From an uncultured Oceanospirillales bacterium (GTDB lineage: Bacteria > Pseudomonadota > Gammaproteobacteria > Pseudomonadales > Endozoicomonadaceae), in the NCBI GenBank assembly GCA_947040555.1, contig CAMRBW010000002.1:3836-67835 (forward strand): a DNA stretch of 64,000 nucleotides, given 5' to 3'. This document shows positions 1-10,453 of the stretch, one piece after another; position 1 is the first letter of the stretch; each line of letters begins with the position of its first letter. The translations under genes were made by a program, and so were the position numbers. Under the pieces are notes generated by a model. It was not told where the DNA came from. It saw only the letters and a list, made by a program, of their open reading frames with translations, and ran no database searches.

Positions 1-1008
1 ATGTTCTGGCTGGACGAATACCACATCGACGGTCTGCGCGTGGATGCCGTTGCCTCTATGCTCTACCTCGACTATTCGAGAAAACATGGAGAGTGGTCGC
101 CTAATATTCACGGCGGTAATGAACATCTGGAAGCGGTGGAACTGCTCCAGCGCCTCAATACCGAAGTGCATACCCACTTCCCTGGCTGTATGACGATTGC
201 CGAAGAGTCCACCAGCTGGCCAGCCGTTTCCCGTCCTGTTGATCAGCACGGTCTGGGCTTCGACTACAAGTGGAATATGGGCTGGATGCACGACTCCCTC
301 GCCTATATGAAGCGCGACGCTATCTATCGTAAGCATCACCATAATGAAATGACCTTCAGCATGGTCTACGCCTACAGTGAAGACTATGTGCTGCCGCTGT
401 CTCACGACGAAGTCGTCTATGGCAAAGGCACGCTACTGACCCGTATGCCTGGCGATGACTGGCAACGTTTTGCCAACCTGAGAGCTTATCTCGGCTTTAT
501 GTTTGCCCATCCTGGCAAGAAACTGCTGTTTATGGGTGCCGAAATCGGTACACCGAACGAGTGGAACCTTACTGAATCCCTGAATTGGGAACTGCTGGAA
601 CAGGGTCCATTCCATAAGGGCACTCAGCAGCTGGTCTCCGACCTGAACAGCATCTACAAAAACACGCCCGCACTCCATGAACTTGACCATAACCGGGAAG
701 GTTTCAGCTGGTTGATTCTTGACGACCATAACCAGAGTGTATTTGCCTTCTGTCGTATGGATAGTGATAACACTCCTGTTATCGTGATCAGCAATATGAC
801 ACCTACAGTACGACACAATTATTGTATCGGCGTACCGCAGGCTGGCGAGTGGCAAGAGATCATCAATACCGATAGCAGCGTCTATGGTGGCAGCAATGTT
901 GCCAATGGCACGGTATCGACAACACCAGATGAAAGCCATGGTCATCCACAGAGTTTTGAACTGACTCTGCCACCATTGGCAACTATCATGCTGAAACCCG
1001 TTCAGTAA
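1..1008 (+). CDS. glgB: 1,4-alpha-glucan branching enzyme, C-terminal part (5' end outside window)
   Basis: ORF is open from the window edge. GH13 catalytic motifs [13 protein letters not shown] and IAEEST are present, plus a C-terminal beta-domain. A hairpin terminator follows. Confidence 0.9.
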   Translation: MFWLDEYHIDGLRVDAVASMLYLDYSRKHGEWSPNIHGGNEHLEAVELLQRLNTEVHTHFPGCMTIAEESTSWPAVSRPVDQHGLGFDYKWNMGWMHDSLAYMKRDAIYRKHHHNEMTFSMVYAYSEDYVLPLSHDEVVYGKGTLLTRMPGDDWQRFANLRAYLGFMFAHPGKKLLFMGAEIGTPNEWNLTESLNWELLEQGPFHKGTQQLVSDLNSIYKNTPALHELDHNREGFSWLILDDHNQSVFAFCRMDSDNTPVIVISNMTPTVRHNYCIGVPQAGEWQEIINTDSSVYGGSNVANGTVSTTPDESHGHPQSFELTLPPLATIMLKPVQ

Positions 1009-1044
1009 TATTCTTTGAAAAAACGGGCAACTCCGTTTGATTGA

Positions 1045-1078
1045 ACCCACAGGATGAGAATCCTGTGGGTTTATTCTT
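1045..1078 (+). terminator. Rho-independent terminator after glgB
   Basis: 10-bp stem cccacaggat/atcctgtggg with loop gaga, followed by a T-rich tail (tttattctt). Confidence 0.7.
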
Positions 1079-1258
1079 CCGAAAAAATGGACTGAATCCA
1101 CTCATGTAATCGTTTACAGTACTAAAAACCCTTCTTAGCTGATGCATTCAAACTAATAATTTCATTATATTGTGGGAGAGTTTTCAGAAACATAAGACGT
1201 TATGTGTCTATCAACTGGAAACACGTGTTCCCGCTTATTTGCACAGGACGCATAGAAA

Positions 1259-3700
1259 ATGAACAAAATCGGCCCTGCAAAAATCGACGCAAAACAGTTA
1301 TCACAACATATTCTCGACCATATCAGCCGCTCCCTTGGCATCCCTGTCACTGAAGCAACTGCGAAAGATTATTGGGAAGCGTTGAATCTGACGGTTCGTG
1401 ACCTTGGTCTTGACGGCATTCGTGAAACCCGCCAGAAAGAGCAGGATGAAAAAGCTCGCCGTCTTTACTATTTCTCCCTTGAGTTTCTGATTGGCCGACT
1501 GTTGGGCAATAACCTCCACAATCTGGGGATCTATGAAAAGGCAGAACAGGCACTGCGCGAACTGGGCGTCGAACTGACTGACGTTCTGGAGCAGGAGTAT
1601 GATCCTGCATTGGGTAATGGTGGCCTTGGACGTCTCGCCGCCTGTTTTATGGACTCCCTCACCACCCTCGACAAACCAGCTATTGGCTACGGAATTAACT
1701 ACCGCTTTGGTCTATTCCGCCAGTCGTTCCAGAATGGTCGTCAAATTGAAAAACCCGACTCCTGGCGTGAAGACTACAACAGCTGGGGTAAGTGCCGGAC
1801 CAAGCGCAAGCAACTGGTTCGCCTCTACGGTGAAGTTAAAAACGTCAATGGACGTGCAGCTTGGGAAAACACCCAGAATCTGGAAGGTCTGCCATGGGAT
1901 CTGCCGATCACCGGTTACCATACCGACACGGTTAACACCCTGAGACTCTGGGAGAGTCGTCCCGCGGGGAGTTTTGATCTGGATCGCTTCGATAAAGGTG
2001 ACTACGCCATCTCCCGTAAAATTGAGGTGCTGGCCAACAATATCAGCAAAGTGCTCTACCCCAACGATGAACACCCAGAGGGAAAAGAGCTGCGTTTGAT
2101 CCAGCAGTACTTCTTCGTCGCCTGCTCCTTGGCGGATGTGATTGATCGTCACCATCGAGAAAACGAAGAAGGCTGGGACAATTTTGCTAAAAAGGTTGCC
2201 ATCCAGTTAAACGACACTCATCCGGCGATTGCTGTTCCGGAACTGATGCGCGTCCTGATGGATGAAAATGATTTTGGCTTTCTGAATGCTCTTGAACTCT
2301 GTCGTAAAGTCTTCGCCTATACCAACCATACTCTGCTGCCGGAAGCTCTTGAACGCTGGCCACAGAGCCTGATTGGTCGGGTACTGCCCCGTCACCTGCA
2401 GATCATTCACCTGATCAACGACTACTTCCTGAATACGGAGGTTGAACAACAGTGGCCTGGCGACAATACAATGAAGCGCAGGCTCTCCATCGTTGAAGAG
2501 CCAAACGACTACTCTAGTCAGCCAATGATACGTATGGCCTACCTCTCTGTTGTCGGCAGCCATAAGGTCAATGGTGTAGCGGCGCTGCACTCCAAGCTGG
2601 TTCAGAGTAACCTGTTCCCCGAGTTCAACACCCTGTGGCCGGAGAAAATCATCAATGTCACCAATGGCGTTACTCCACGACGCTGGCTGGCCTACTGTAA
2701 TCCGAAGCTTGCCGGTCTGATTGACGACACCATTGGCAACGGATGGCGCAAGGATCTGGACAAACTGGATAGTCTGCATGTCTATGCCGACGATCCGAAA
2801 TTTCAGAAAAAATTTGCGGCCATCAAGCGGGAAAACAAAGAGGTACTGGCCACTATTATTGAAAAAGAGTGCGGTTTCAAGGTCTCTGCCGATGCCATCT
2901 TTGATGTTCAGGCCAAACGTCTGCACGAGTACAAGCGTCAGCAGCTCAGTCTTCTGCATATCATGGCGTTATACCGTCGCTTGCTGGCCAATCCTGAAAC
3001 CGATATTCCCCAGCGGGTATTTATCTTCTGCGCCAAGGCGGCTCCCGGTTACACCTTGGCAAAAGTCATTATCCACGCCATCAATAAACTGGCTGAGCGT
3101 GTTAATAATGACCCGCGTATAAACGACAAACTTAAAGTGGTCTTCCTGCCCAACTACCGGGTCAGTCTGGCGGAAAAGGTTATTCCTGCTGCGGACGTTT
3201 CCGAGCAGATTTCCACTGCCGGTTTTGAGGCGTCCGGCACCGGCAATATGAAGCTGGCCCTGAACGGAGCACTGACCATCGGTACTCTTGATGGTGCCAA
3301 TGTCGAGATTGCCGAGGAGGTCGGGGACGATAACATCTTCATCTTCGGACTGACTGTGGATGAGGTCGCTCGACTGCGGCACAAGGGATACAACCCCCGT
3401 GACGTTTACAATGCCAACGAGGAGTTGCGTAACATTCTCGACTGGCTGGGTTCCGGCGACCTCTGCCCGGAAGATGCTCACGCGTTCAAGCCTCTGGTCC
3501 ATGCCCTGCTCGATCACGGAGACTACTTCCTGACTCTCGCGGATTTTGCTGCCTACTCCGCGGCCCATGACCAGATTATTGAAACCTGGAAAGATCCACA
3601 GCTGTGGTGGAAAAAGGCCATTATCAACTGTGCCTCTATGGGCAAGTTCTCTTCCGATCGCTCGATAAAAGATTACTGTCAGATGATCTGGAATATGTAA
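1259..3700 (+). CDS. glgP: Glycogen/maltodextrin phosphorylase
   Basis: 813 aa. PLP-lysine motif EASGTGNMK is present, and GT35 similarity runs the full length (LGNGGLGRLAACF). Confidence 0.95.
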   Translation: MNKIGPAKIDAKQLSQHILDHISRSLGIPVTEATAKDYWEALNLTVRDLGLDGIRETRQKEQDEKARRLYYFSLEFLIGRLLGNNLHNLGIYEKAEQALRELGVELTDVLEQEYDPALGNGGLGRLAACFMDSLTTLDKPAIGYGINYRFGLFRQSFQNGRQIEKPDSWREDYNSWGKCRTKRKQLVRLYGEVKNVNGRAAWENTQNLEGLPWDLPITGYHTDTVNTLRLWESRPAGSFDLDRFDKGDYAISRKIEVLANNISKVLYPNDEHPEGKELRLIQQYFFVACSLADVIDRHHRENEEGWDNFAKKVAIQLNDTHPAIAVPELMRVLMDENDFGFLNALELCRKVFAYTNHTLLPEALERWPQSLIGRVLPRHLQIIHLINDYFLNTEVEQQWPGDNTMKRRLSIVEEPNDYSSQPMIRMAYLSVVGSHKVNGVAALHSKLVQSNLFPEFNTLWPEKIINVTNGVTPRRWLAYCNPKLAGLIDDTIGNGWRKDLDKLDSLHVYADDPKFQKKFAAIKRENKEVLATIIEKECGFKVSADAIFDVQAKRLHEYKRQQLSLLHIMALYRRLLANPETDIPQRVFIFCAKAAPGYTLAKVIIHAINKLAERVNNDPRINDKLKVVFLPNYRVSLAEKVIPAADVSEQISTAGFEASGTGNMKLALNGALTIGTLDGANVEIAEEVGDDNIFIFGLTVDEVARLRHKGYNPRDVYNANEELRNILDWLGSGDLCPEDAHAFKPLVHALLDHGDYFLTLADFAAYSAAHDQIIETWKDPQLWWKKAIINCASMGKFSSDRSIKDYCQMIWNM

Positions 3701-3720
3701 TTTATTTTTGGTAACGGTTC

Positions 3721-3760
3721 ACCGTCACCCTGAGGAAACTCAGGGTGGCGGTGTTTCTTT
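3721..3760 (+). terminator. Rho-independent terminator after glgP
   Basis: Stem accgtcaccctgag/ctcagggtggcggt (1 mismatch) with loop gaaa, then gtttcttt. Confidence 0.7.
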
Positions 3761-3833
3761 ATGAAGCCACCACTTATTAAGCCTCTGGCACAGGTCATTA
3801 AGCCACTGGCACAGGTCAGTCTGTTCTTATTCA

Positions 3834-5963
3834 ATGGCACCCGATAAATTTATGGAAATATATTCAGCACATCATTCCCGTTACACCTTTTCTCCCGGGC
3901 GCACCGCCCCTCAGGGTGCGACTCTGGTCAATAATAACCGGACGCCTTCCCGTCAGTATCAGGCGACTGGCGTCAACTTTGCTGTTTATGCACCGGCAGC
4001 GACACAGCTATTCCTCTCTCTTTTTAACAGTGCTGACGACGAAACCCGGCTAAAAATGTACCCGTCGGGTCAAGGGGTTTGGCACATCTACGTCGAGGGT
4101 ATTAGTGCGGGACAACTCTACGCTTTCAGAGCGGACGGTCAGTGGTCTCCCGATAGCTCTCCACGGTTTAATAAACACAAGCTGCTGCTGGATCCTTTTG
4201 CACGGGATATCAAGGGCGAATTGAGCTGGTGCAAGCAGCTGTTTGATTACACCCCGAGCAATAACAGTCGTATCTTCAACGAAGACGACAGCGCCCCCTA
4301 TATGCCACGATGCGTGGTTCGGGAGACAGAGTTTGACTGGCAGGGCGTCACCAGACCACAGATTGCTGACCAAAAGAGTGTGATTTATGAGGCCCATCCG
4401 AAAGGCTTTACCCAGACTCACCCTGAAATACCGGAACATCTCAGGGGCACCTATCTCGGCATGTGTCACCCGGTCGCTATCGACTACCTGAAGACGCTGG
4501 GCATTACTGCGCTTGAACTGCTTCCCGTCACATCAAAAGTCAGTGAACAACGATTGATCGACCTTGATCTGGTCAATTACTGGGGTTATAACCCACTCTG
4601 TTTGATGGCACCCGAACCGTCGTACGGTATTAAAGACCCCGTGACCGAGATGAAGACCATGGTGCGGGAACTGCACCGTGCCGGTATTGAAGTCATTATG
4701 GACGTGGTATTCAACCATACCGGTGAAAGTGGACATGGTGGTCCATTCTTCAACCTTCGAGGACTCGCGGAGAGCGAGTACTACCATATAGAACACCATA
4801 AGGGTAAGTTGTCTGCCGTCAACTACAGTGGCTGTGGTAACACCATGAACTTTGACAGCCCCCAAACCCTGAAGCTGACCATGGACGCCTTACGCTGCTG
4901 GGCAGAAGAGTACCAAATTGATGGTTTCCGGTTTGATCTGGCTCCCATCATGGCCCGTCAGCATCGCCATTTCACCCGACATAGCCCTTTCCTTTTCGCC
5001 ATCAGCCAGGACCCGGTACTCAGCCAGCTGAAAATGATTGCCGAACCGTGGGATATCGGCCCCAACGGCTACCATCTCACCGGCTTTCCCAGAGACTGGC
5101 AGGCCTGGAACGATCGTTACCGTGATGGCTGTCGTAAGTACTGGAAAGGTGAGCAGGGCATTCAGACCGAGATGGCACACCGTTTTTCAGGCTCGGAAGA
5201 TCTGTTCTCGGATCAGAGTTATCTGGGTACCGTCAACTATATTTGCAGCCACGACGGCTTTAGCTTGATGGATCTGGTGTCGTACAAACAGCGTCATAAC
5301 CATGATAACGGTGAAAACAACCGTGACGGTGACGAGCACAATTACTCCTGGAACAACGGCGTTGAGGGCGATACCAATGCACTGGATGTGCACCGGATCA
5401 GATTACGTTCCCAGAAAAATATGATTGGCATGCTGATGCTGGCAAAAGGTACGCCCATGCTGCAGGCAGGTGATGAGTTCAGCAACAGCCAACAAGGCAA
5501 TAATAATGCCTACTGTCAGGATGCCCCCGTCGCCTGGATGGACTGGAGCTGGCTAAAAAATCCCGACAGTTCCGATGGCGCACGACTGAATGACTTTACC
5601 AGCAAAGTCATTCACTTCCGTCGCAACCACCCCCTGTTCACAGATGAACTGAACAAAACCGTCTACACATTTTACTCAACATCCGGTCAGCAGGTGAGTC
5701 CTTGCTACTTTATGAGCCAGAACTCCATGGCACTGGTGGTGAAGATCCACGCCTGCAAAAAAACGAAGGGCACCCTGGTTGTGGTGATGAACCCGGACAG
5801 ACACCCTGTCAAGGTACAACTCCCCATTGAAACCAGATCACAGCGCTGGGCTATTGTGATGGACACCAACAAGAACCAATCATTCTGCGACGAATCATTG
5901 CTGAACGATGGCTGGTTTGAAGTCACACCCAACAGTCTGGTCGTGATTGAAGAGCGCCTGTAG
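3834..5963 (+). CDS. glgX: Glycogen debranching enzyme (GH13)
   Basis: Motifs DGFRFDLA, AEPWD, SHDGF and GNNNAYCQD are typical of GlgX. The start could instead be the ATG at 3852. Confidence 0.9.
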   Translation: MAPDKFMEIYSAHHSRYTFSPGRTAPQGATLVNNNRTPSRQYQATGVNFAVYAPAATQLFLSLFNSADDETRLKMYPSGQGVWHIYVEGISAGQLYAFRADGQWSPDSSPRFNKHKLLLDPFARDIKGELSWCKQLFDYTPSNNSRIFNEDDSAPYMPRCVVRETEFDWQGVTRPQIADQKSVIYEAHPKGFTQTHPEIPEHLRGTYLGMCHPVAIDYLKTLGITALELLPVTSKVSEQRLIDLDLVNYWGYNPLCLMAPEPSYGIKDPVTEMKTMVRELHRAGIEVIMDVVFNHTGESGHGGPFFNLRGLAESEYYHIEHHKGKLSAVNYSGCGNTMNFDSPQTLKLTMDALRCWAEEYQIDGFRFDLAPIMARQHRHFTRHSPFLFAISQDPVLSQLKMIAEPWDIGPNGYHLTGFPRDWQAWNDRYRDGCRKYWKGEQGIQTEMAHRFSGSEDLFSDQSYLGTVNYICSHDGFSLMDLVSYKQRHNHDNGENNRDGDEHNYSWNNGVEGDTNALDVHRIRLRSQKNMIGMLMLAKGTPMLQAGDEFSNSQQGNNNAYCQDAPVAWMDWSWLKNPDSSDGARLNDFTSKVIHFRRNHPLFTDELNKTVYTFYSTSGQQVSPCYFMSQNSMALVVKIHACKKTKGTLVVVMNPDRHPVKVQLPIETRSQRWAIVMDTNKNQSFCDESLLNDGWFEVTPNSLVVIEERL

Positions 5964-5987
5964 CCACCCCGGAAACAGGTATAAAAA

Positions 5988-6014
5988 ACCCGCAGAACAT
6001 GAGCTCTGCGGGTC
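5988..6014. terminator. Hairpin between convergent glgX and GST genes
   Basis: 8-bp stem cccgcaga/tctgcggg with an A-run upstream and T-rich sequence downstream. It could act on both strands. Confidence 0.55.
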
Positions 6015-6022
6015 ATTCAATT

Positions 6023-6934
6023 TTATGGTTCAAGTTTGCCCTGGGTCTTCAGAGCAAAGTCGCTGGCTTCATGACGCTCATGGAGCTGTTCGTCCAACTC
6101 TCCCCAGCTTCTGTTGACCATTCTGCCCCGTTGTACCGCAGGTCTCTCATCAATTATTTTCGCCCAACGCAGCACATTGGTATACGACTTAGATTCAATA
6201 AATTCAGCAGCTTCATACAAGCGACCAAGTACTAATGATCCGTACCAGGGCCAGATCGCCATATCGGCAATCGTGTACTCATCACCACACATAAAAGTGT
6301 TTTCTGCCAGATGACGATCAAGAACATCCAGCTGACGTTTAACCTCCATGGTATAGCGATTGATCGGATACTCGTACCTCTCCGGTGCATAGGCATAAAA
6401 ATGGCCGAAACCACCACCCAATATTGGCGCACTGGCCATCTGCCAGAATAACCAGTTCAAACACTCGGTACGTTTGCGAGTATCATCGGGAATGAACGCG
6501 CCAAATTTTTCCGCAAGATAGAGAAGAATAGAACCGGATTCGAACACCCGTTGTGGTGGATTCACACTATGATCCATCAACGCCGGAATTTTTGAATTCG
6601 GATTCACCTCAACAAAGCCCGAGCCAAACTGATTACCCTCAATGATCCTGATCAGCCAGGCATCATATTCAGCATCCGTTTTACCTGCGGCCAACAGCTC
6701 TTCCAACAGCACAGTCACCTTGACCCCGTTGGGGGTGGCCATGGAATAAAGCTGCAGGGGGTGCGTCCCAACAGGAAGATTTTTGTCGTGTGTTGCACCC
6801 GCTACGGGCCGATTAATACTGGCAAATGCGCCACTATCACTTTGTATCCACTTCCACACCTTTGGCGGTGTATACGCTATGTCGTTCACGAGCTGCTCCC
6901 CTATTAGCGGCTGTATGCTAGTAATGGACACCAT
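6023..6934 (-). CDS. yghU: YghU-type (Nu-class) glutathione S-transferase
   Basis: Close colinear match to E. coli YghU as I recall it (PPKVWKW..GAFASINRP..HPLQLYS..EYDAWLIRI..NPNSKIPAL..SGSILLYLAEKFG..ADMAIWPW). I place the start at the internal Met (MVSITS), because the longer ORF overlaps the upstream gene. Confidence 0.85.
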   Translation of the reverse strand: MVSITSIQPLIGEQLVNDIAYTPPKVWKWIQSDSGAFASINRPVAGATHDKNLPVGTHPLQLYSMATPNGVKVTVLLEELLAAGKTDAEYDAWLIRIIEGNQFGSGFVEVNPNSKIPALMDHSVNPPQRVFESGSILLYLAEKFGAFIPDDTRKRTECLNWLFWQMASAPILGGGFGHFYAYAPERYEYPINRYTMEVKRQLDVLDRHLAENTFMCGDEYTIADMAIWPWYGSLVLGRLYEAAEFIESKSYTNVLRWAKIIDERPAVQRGRMVNRSWGELDEQLHERHEASDFALKTQGKLEP

Positions 6935-7253
6935 TATCGTAATAGTTTTCAGGCCTGAAATGGATGAAAACCACCGCCACATCTTGTTCCGGTACATTCA
7001 TAACCTCCCGAACCAAACTGGTGACCCTGGCGGCAATTTCGTCCTGAACGACCTGCCCGCGATCAAAACAAAAAATTTCGATAAACGGCCATGCCGCCGC
7101 AGGTTCACCCTCCGAGAAAAAAGTAGTTGGTATGTGTTCAATAGTAAAATCACCACGGGCACAGCCCATCTGCTCCTGAAGAGCGTCCACCAGCGGTTTT
7201 GAAAGCTGCTGGGTTTGTTCAGGACTGATGGCACGAAAACGAAAATGCGGCAC
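6918..7253 (-). CDS. Small tautomerase-fold/DUF1904-like protein
   Basis: 111 aa, starting MPHFRF (Pro2, typical of the tautomerase superfamily). Family assignment is from memory only. Confidence 0.5.
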   Translation of the reverse strand: MPHFRFRAISPEQTQQLSKPLVDALQEQMGCARGDFTIEHIPTTFFSEGEPAAAWPFIEIFCFDRGQVVQDEIAARVTSLVREVMNVPEQDVAVVFIHFRPENYYDNGVHY

Positions 7254-7449
7254 TTGTTAATTCCACAAAAGCTGAATCAAAAGCGGGAAATCATACCAGC
7301 TTATACGACAAACGTGACTATAAAGAGGCAACACCAGCCTTCAGAGTTCAACCATGTATACGTGTATACCTTTACCTGCCAACTATCTCTGCCAATATGG
7401 AATAAGGAAAGGGGATAATTTTTCCGTATCCAATAAGCAGGGAAGAACA

Positions 7450-9042
7450 ATGGTAAATGGTCCAATAAATCGAGGTGACGGTCATGTAAAGACAGCGGAG
7501 CCCTTTTCACCGGTCAAGGAAGGGCCTATTTATGGTCAGTTCAGTGTCCATCAGGTAAGACTGGTGCCACCTACCCTCCAGAACTGGCCTGCCACCCAAG
7601 CACACCTCCCCAAAAATATTATCAGTGCCCGAGTAGTGAAACCGGTGAAGGATACCATGCCTTCTATCAAATCAATCACCGAGCCCCAGAATCAAAAGCC
7701 TCTCTCTCAAATGTTCACTTTTACCCAATCCTCTTTTTCAGAGCAGGGACTCTCGACATTTGAATCTCATTATTTGCAAACGGCACAGCATTCATTCTCT
7801 ACACCCGAGGATTACCAACCCCAACCAACCTTTGACTGGAAGAAACCAGATTCTTCTCACTACAGCAATCCTATTTTTACCGCAGAGGCTACAGTCTCAG
7901 CAAATGCTGAACATATTTACGAAAGTGCTCCTGAACCTACTACCACCACAACTACTGACGAGACTCCATCACTCTCCTCAAGGAAAAAGGCCAAGAAGCA
8001 GGCCACGTTTGACAGGCTGGTGATATCAAAAAAATCAAAGATCAGGAAATTTGAGGAAAAATACAAAGCCTTCCATGAGGAACTTGGTGACCACTTAAGA
8101 CTTATAGATCGAGCAAATAAAGCCTATAAAGGCGGGAAAAACGACAAGGGAGACAAGCTGATGGCTGCCGCCCATAAGGATCTCAAAAAACTGGGTAATG
8201 CCTATGACAAAATAAAACGTGCGACACCCGAAGCGACAAATATTCGTTCAGAAGTCCTTGACAAGCGTCACGGTGAGAAAAGATTGAAGTTGTTTGCTAA
8301 CTTTTGCCAGTATGCAGAAAATCAGACTGTTAAGCTGGAGGCCGCGATTGAAAGCTATGTGGGGCAAGCTCGTACTGTCCAAAAGGGCTCCCAGAATTTT
8401 TCAACAAATCTTCGCTATTTAGGCAAGAACTTGAGGGAGGCCGTTGAAAACGCATACCCCTCAAAAACACAGCCTGAGTCTGACTACCCGCAGGTTTTTC
8501 CATCACTCACTCACAAGGAACAGGCCAGGAAGCAGGCCACGTTTGACAGGCTGGTGATATCAAAAAAATCAAAGATCAGGAAATTTGAGGAAAAATACAA
8601 AGCCTTCCATGAGGAACTTGGTGACCACTTAAGACTTATAGATCGAGCAAATAAAGCCTATAAAGGCGGGAAAAACGACAAGGGAGACAAGCTGATGGCT
8701 GCCGCCCATAAGGATCTCAAAAAACTGGGTAATGCCTATGACAAAATAAAACGTGCGACACCCGAAGCGACAAATATTCGTTCAGAAGTCCTTGACAAGC
8801 GTCACGGTGAGAAAAGATTGAAGTTGTTTGCTAACTTTTGCCAGTATGCAGAAAATCAGACTGTTAAGCTGGAGGCCGCGATTGAAAGCTATGTGGGGCA
8901 AGCTCGTACTGTCCAAAAGGACTCCCAGAATTTTTCAACAGATCTTCGCGATTTAGGCAAGAACTTGAGGGAGGCCGTTGAAAACGCATACCCCTCCAAA
9001 ACACAGCGTGAGTCTGACTACCCGCAGGGCCAGGCTCCCTAG
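7450..9042 (+). CDS. Hypothetical repeat protein: disordered N-terminus plus two near-identical 178-aa helical modules; candidate secreted effector
   Basis: Long ORF. I prefer the ATG at 7450, which has GGGAAG 4 nt upstream; the ORF opens at 7354. There is no Sec signal. The N-terminal ~180 aa are P/Q/S/T-rich, followed by two K/E-rich helical repeats. Confidence 0.7.
   Translation: MVNGPINRGDGHVKTAEPFSPVKEGPIYGQFSVHQVRLVPPTLQNWPATQAHLPKNIISARVVKPVKDTMPSIKSITEPQNQKPLSQMFTFTQSSFSEQGLSTFESHYLQTAQHSFSTPEDYQPQPTFDWKKPDSSHYSNPIFTAEATVSANAEHIYESAPEPTTTTTTDETPSLSSRKKAKKQATFDRLVISKKSKIRKFEEKYKAFHEELGDHLRLIDRANKAYKGGKNDKGDKLMAAAHKDLKKLGNAYDKIKRATPEATNIRSEVLDKRHGEKRLKLFANFCQYAENQTVKLEAAIESYVGQARTVQKGSQNFSTNLRYLGKNLREAVENAYPSKTQPESDYPQVFPSLTHKEQARKQATFDRLVISKKSKIRKFEEKYKAFHEELGDHLRLIDRANKAYKGGKNDKGDKLMAAAHKDLKKLGNAYDKIKRATPEATNIRSEVLDKRHGEKRLKLFANFCQYAENQTVKLEAAIESYVGQARTVQKDSQNFSTDLRDLGKNLREAVENAYPSKTQRESDYPQGQAP
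7989..9027 (+). repeat. Tandem duplication, 2 x 505 bp at a 534-bp period, about 99% identical
   Basis: Direct comparison of 7989-8493 with 8523-9027 shows only 6 nucleotide differences. Confidence 0.95.
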
Positions 9043-9057
9043 AGCCTGAAGGGAGCC
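9033..9057. terminator. Hairpin between convergent genes
   Basis: Stem ggctccct/agggagcc spans the stop codon of the repeat protein. There is no clear T-tract. Confidence 0.35.
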
Positions 9058-9076
9058 ATCCTCAAGTGATCTCAGC

Positions 9077-10453
9077 TTACTTGTCCATCGTCAAGGACTG
9101 CCCGCCACCTTTTTTGAAGTACTCTCTGGACAGGCGAAACACCACAGGGCTCAGCAGGATGAGAGCCATCAGATTGGGCAGAGCCATCATCGCATTCAGG
9201 GTATCCGCCACCAGCCAGATAAAATCCAGGCTCAGCATAGCACCGGCCGGAATAGCCAGAACCCAGAGAACCCGATAGGGCATAATCGCTTTCACCCCGA
9301 GAATATAAACGACACTGCGTTCACCATACAGCGACCAGCCAAGAATAGTGGTGAAAGCAAAAACACTCAGGGCAATGGCAATCACATAATTACCGACACC
9401 GGGAAGAGCCTGAGCAAAGGCGGCAGAGGTCAGCTCTGCTCCAGACTGACCGGATGCCCACAGGCCAGAGGTGATGATGGTCAGACCGGTGATAGAACAG
9501 ATCACAATGGTATCGATAAAGGTACCCAGCATGGCGATCAATCCCTGACGAACAGGGTCACTGGTCTGGGAAGAGGCATGGGCAATCGCAGCAGAACCCA
9601 AACCAGCCTCATTGGAGAACACCCCACGGGCAACACCAAAACGGATCGCCATCCAGACTGCGGCACCGGCAAAACCACCCTCTGCCGCATGCTCAGTAAA
9701 GGCATAGGTGAAGACCAGTTCCAGCGCAGCAGGCAGCTGCTCCGCATTGATGCCAAGCACGACCAGGCCAACAACCAGATAAGCAACGGCCATAAACGGC
9801 ACCAGCGCACCAGCCACTGCGCCAATGCGCTTAATACCACCAAGCAGGACCGCAGCCACCAACACCATCATGCCCACGCCGGTCGCCAGTTCAGGGATGC
9901 CGAAGTTACTCTTCAGTACATCAGCCACTGAGTTCGCCTGAACAGTATTACCGATACCAAAGGCCGCTATAGAAGCAAAAATCGCGAACAGCATACCCAG
10001 CCATGCCCATTTGGGACCAAGGCCGTTTCTAATGTAATACATCGGTCCGCCAACATGGTTGCCGTTGTCGTCTTCTTCACGGTATTTCACCGCCAACACC
10101 GCTTCGGCAAATTTGGTCGCCATACCGACCAGCGCCGTACACCACATCCAGAACAAGGCCCCAGGACCACCGAGAAAAACAGCTGTCGCAACACCGGCAA
10201 TATTACCGGTTCCTACCGTTGCCGAGAGTGCCGTCATCAAAGCTTGAAAAGGCGAAATCTGACCTTCATCCTTTTCATCACAACTTGAGCGACGCCCACG
10301 CCATAGAAGCCTGAAACCAGTGCCCAGTTTTAACAGGGGCATCAGTTTCAGGCCGATCATAAGAAACAGTCCCGTACCCAGAATCAGAAAAAGCATTATA
10401 GGCCCCCAGACAATGCTGTTAATCTGACTGATAAAATCAGTTACTGCTTCCAT
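9077..10453 (-). CDS. Alanine/glycine:cation (Na+) symporter, AGCS family
   Basis: 458 aa and polytopic. AGCS signature-like segments are present (SPFQALMTALSATVGTGNIAGVATA, FSNEAGLGSAAIAHA). Confidence 0.9.
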   Translation of the reverse strand: MEAVTDFISQINSIVWGPIMLFLILGTGLFLMIGLKLMPLLKLGTGFRLLWRGRRSSCDEKDEGQISPFQALMTALSATVGTGNIAGVATAVFLGGPGALFWMWCTALVGMATKFAEAVLAVKYREEDDNGNHVGGPMYYIRNGLGPKWAWLGMLFAIFASIAAFGIGNTVQANSVADVLKSNFGIPELATGVGMMVLVAAVLLGGIKRIGAVAGALVPFMAVAYLVVGLVVLGINAEQLPAALELVFTYAFTEHAAEGGFAGAAVWMAIRFGVARGVFSNEAGLGSAAIAHASSQTSDPVRQGLIAMLGTFIDTIVICSITGLTIITSGLWASGQSGAELTSAAFAQALPGVGNYVIAIALSVFAFTTILGWSLYGERSVVYILGVKAIMPYRVLWVLAIPAGAMLSLDFIWLVADTLNAMMALPNLMALILLSPVVFRLSREYFKKGGGQSLTMDK

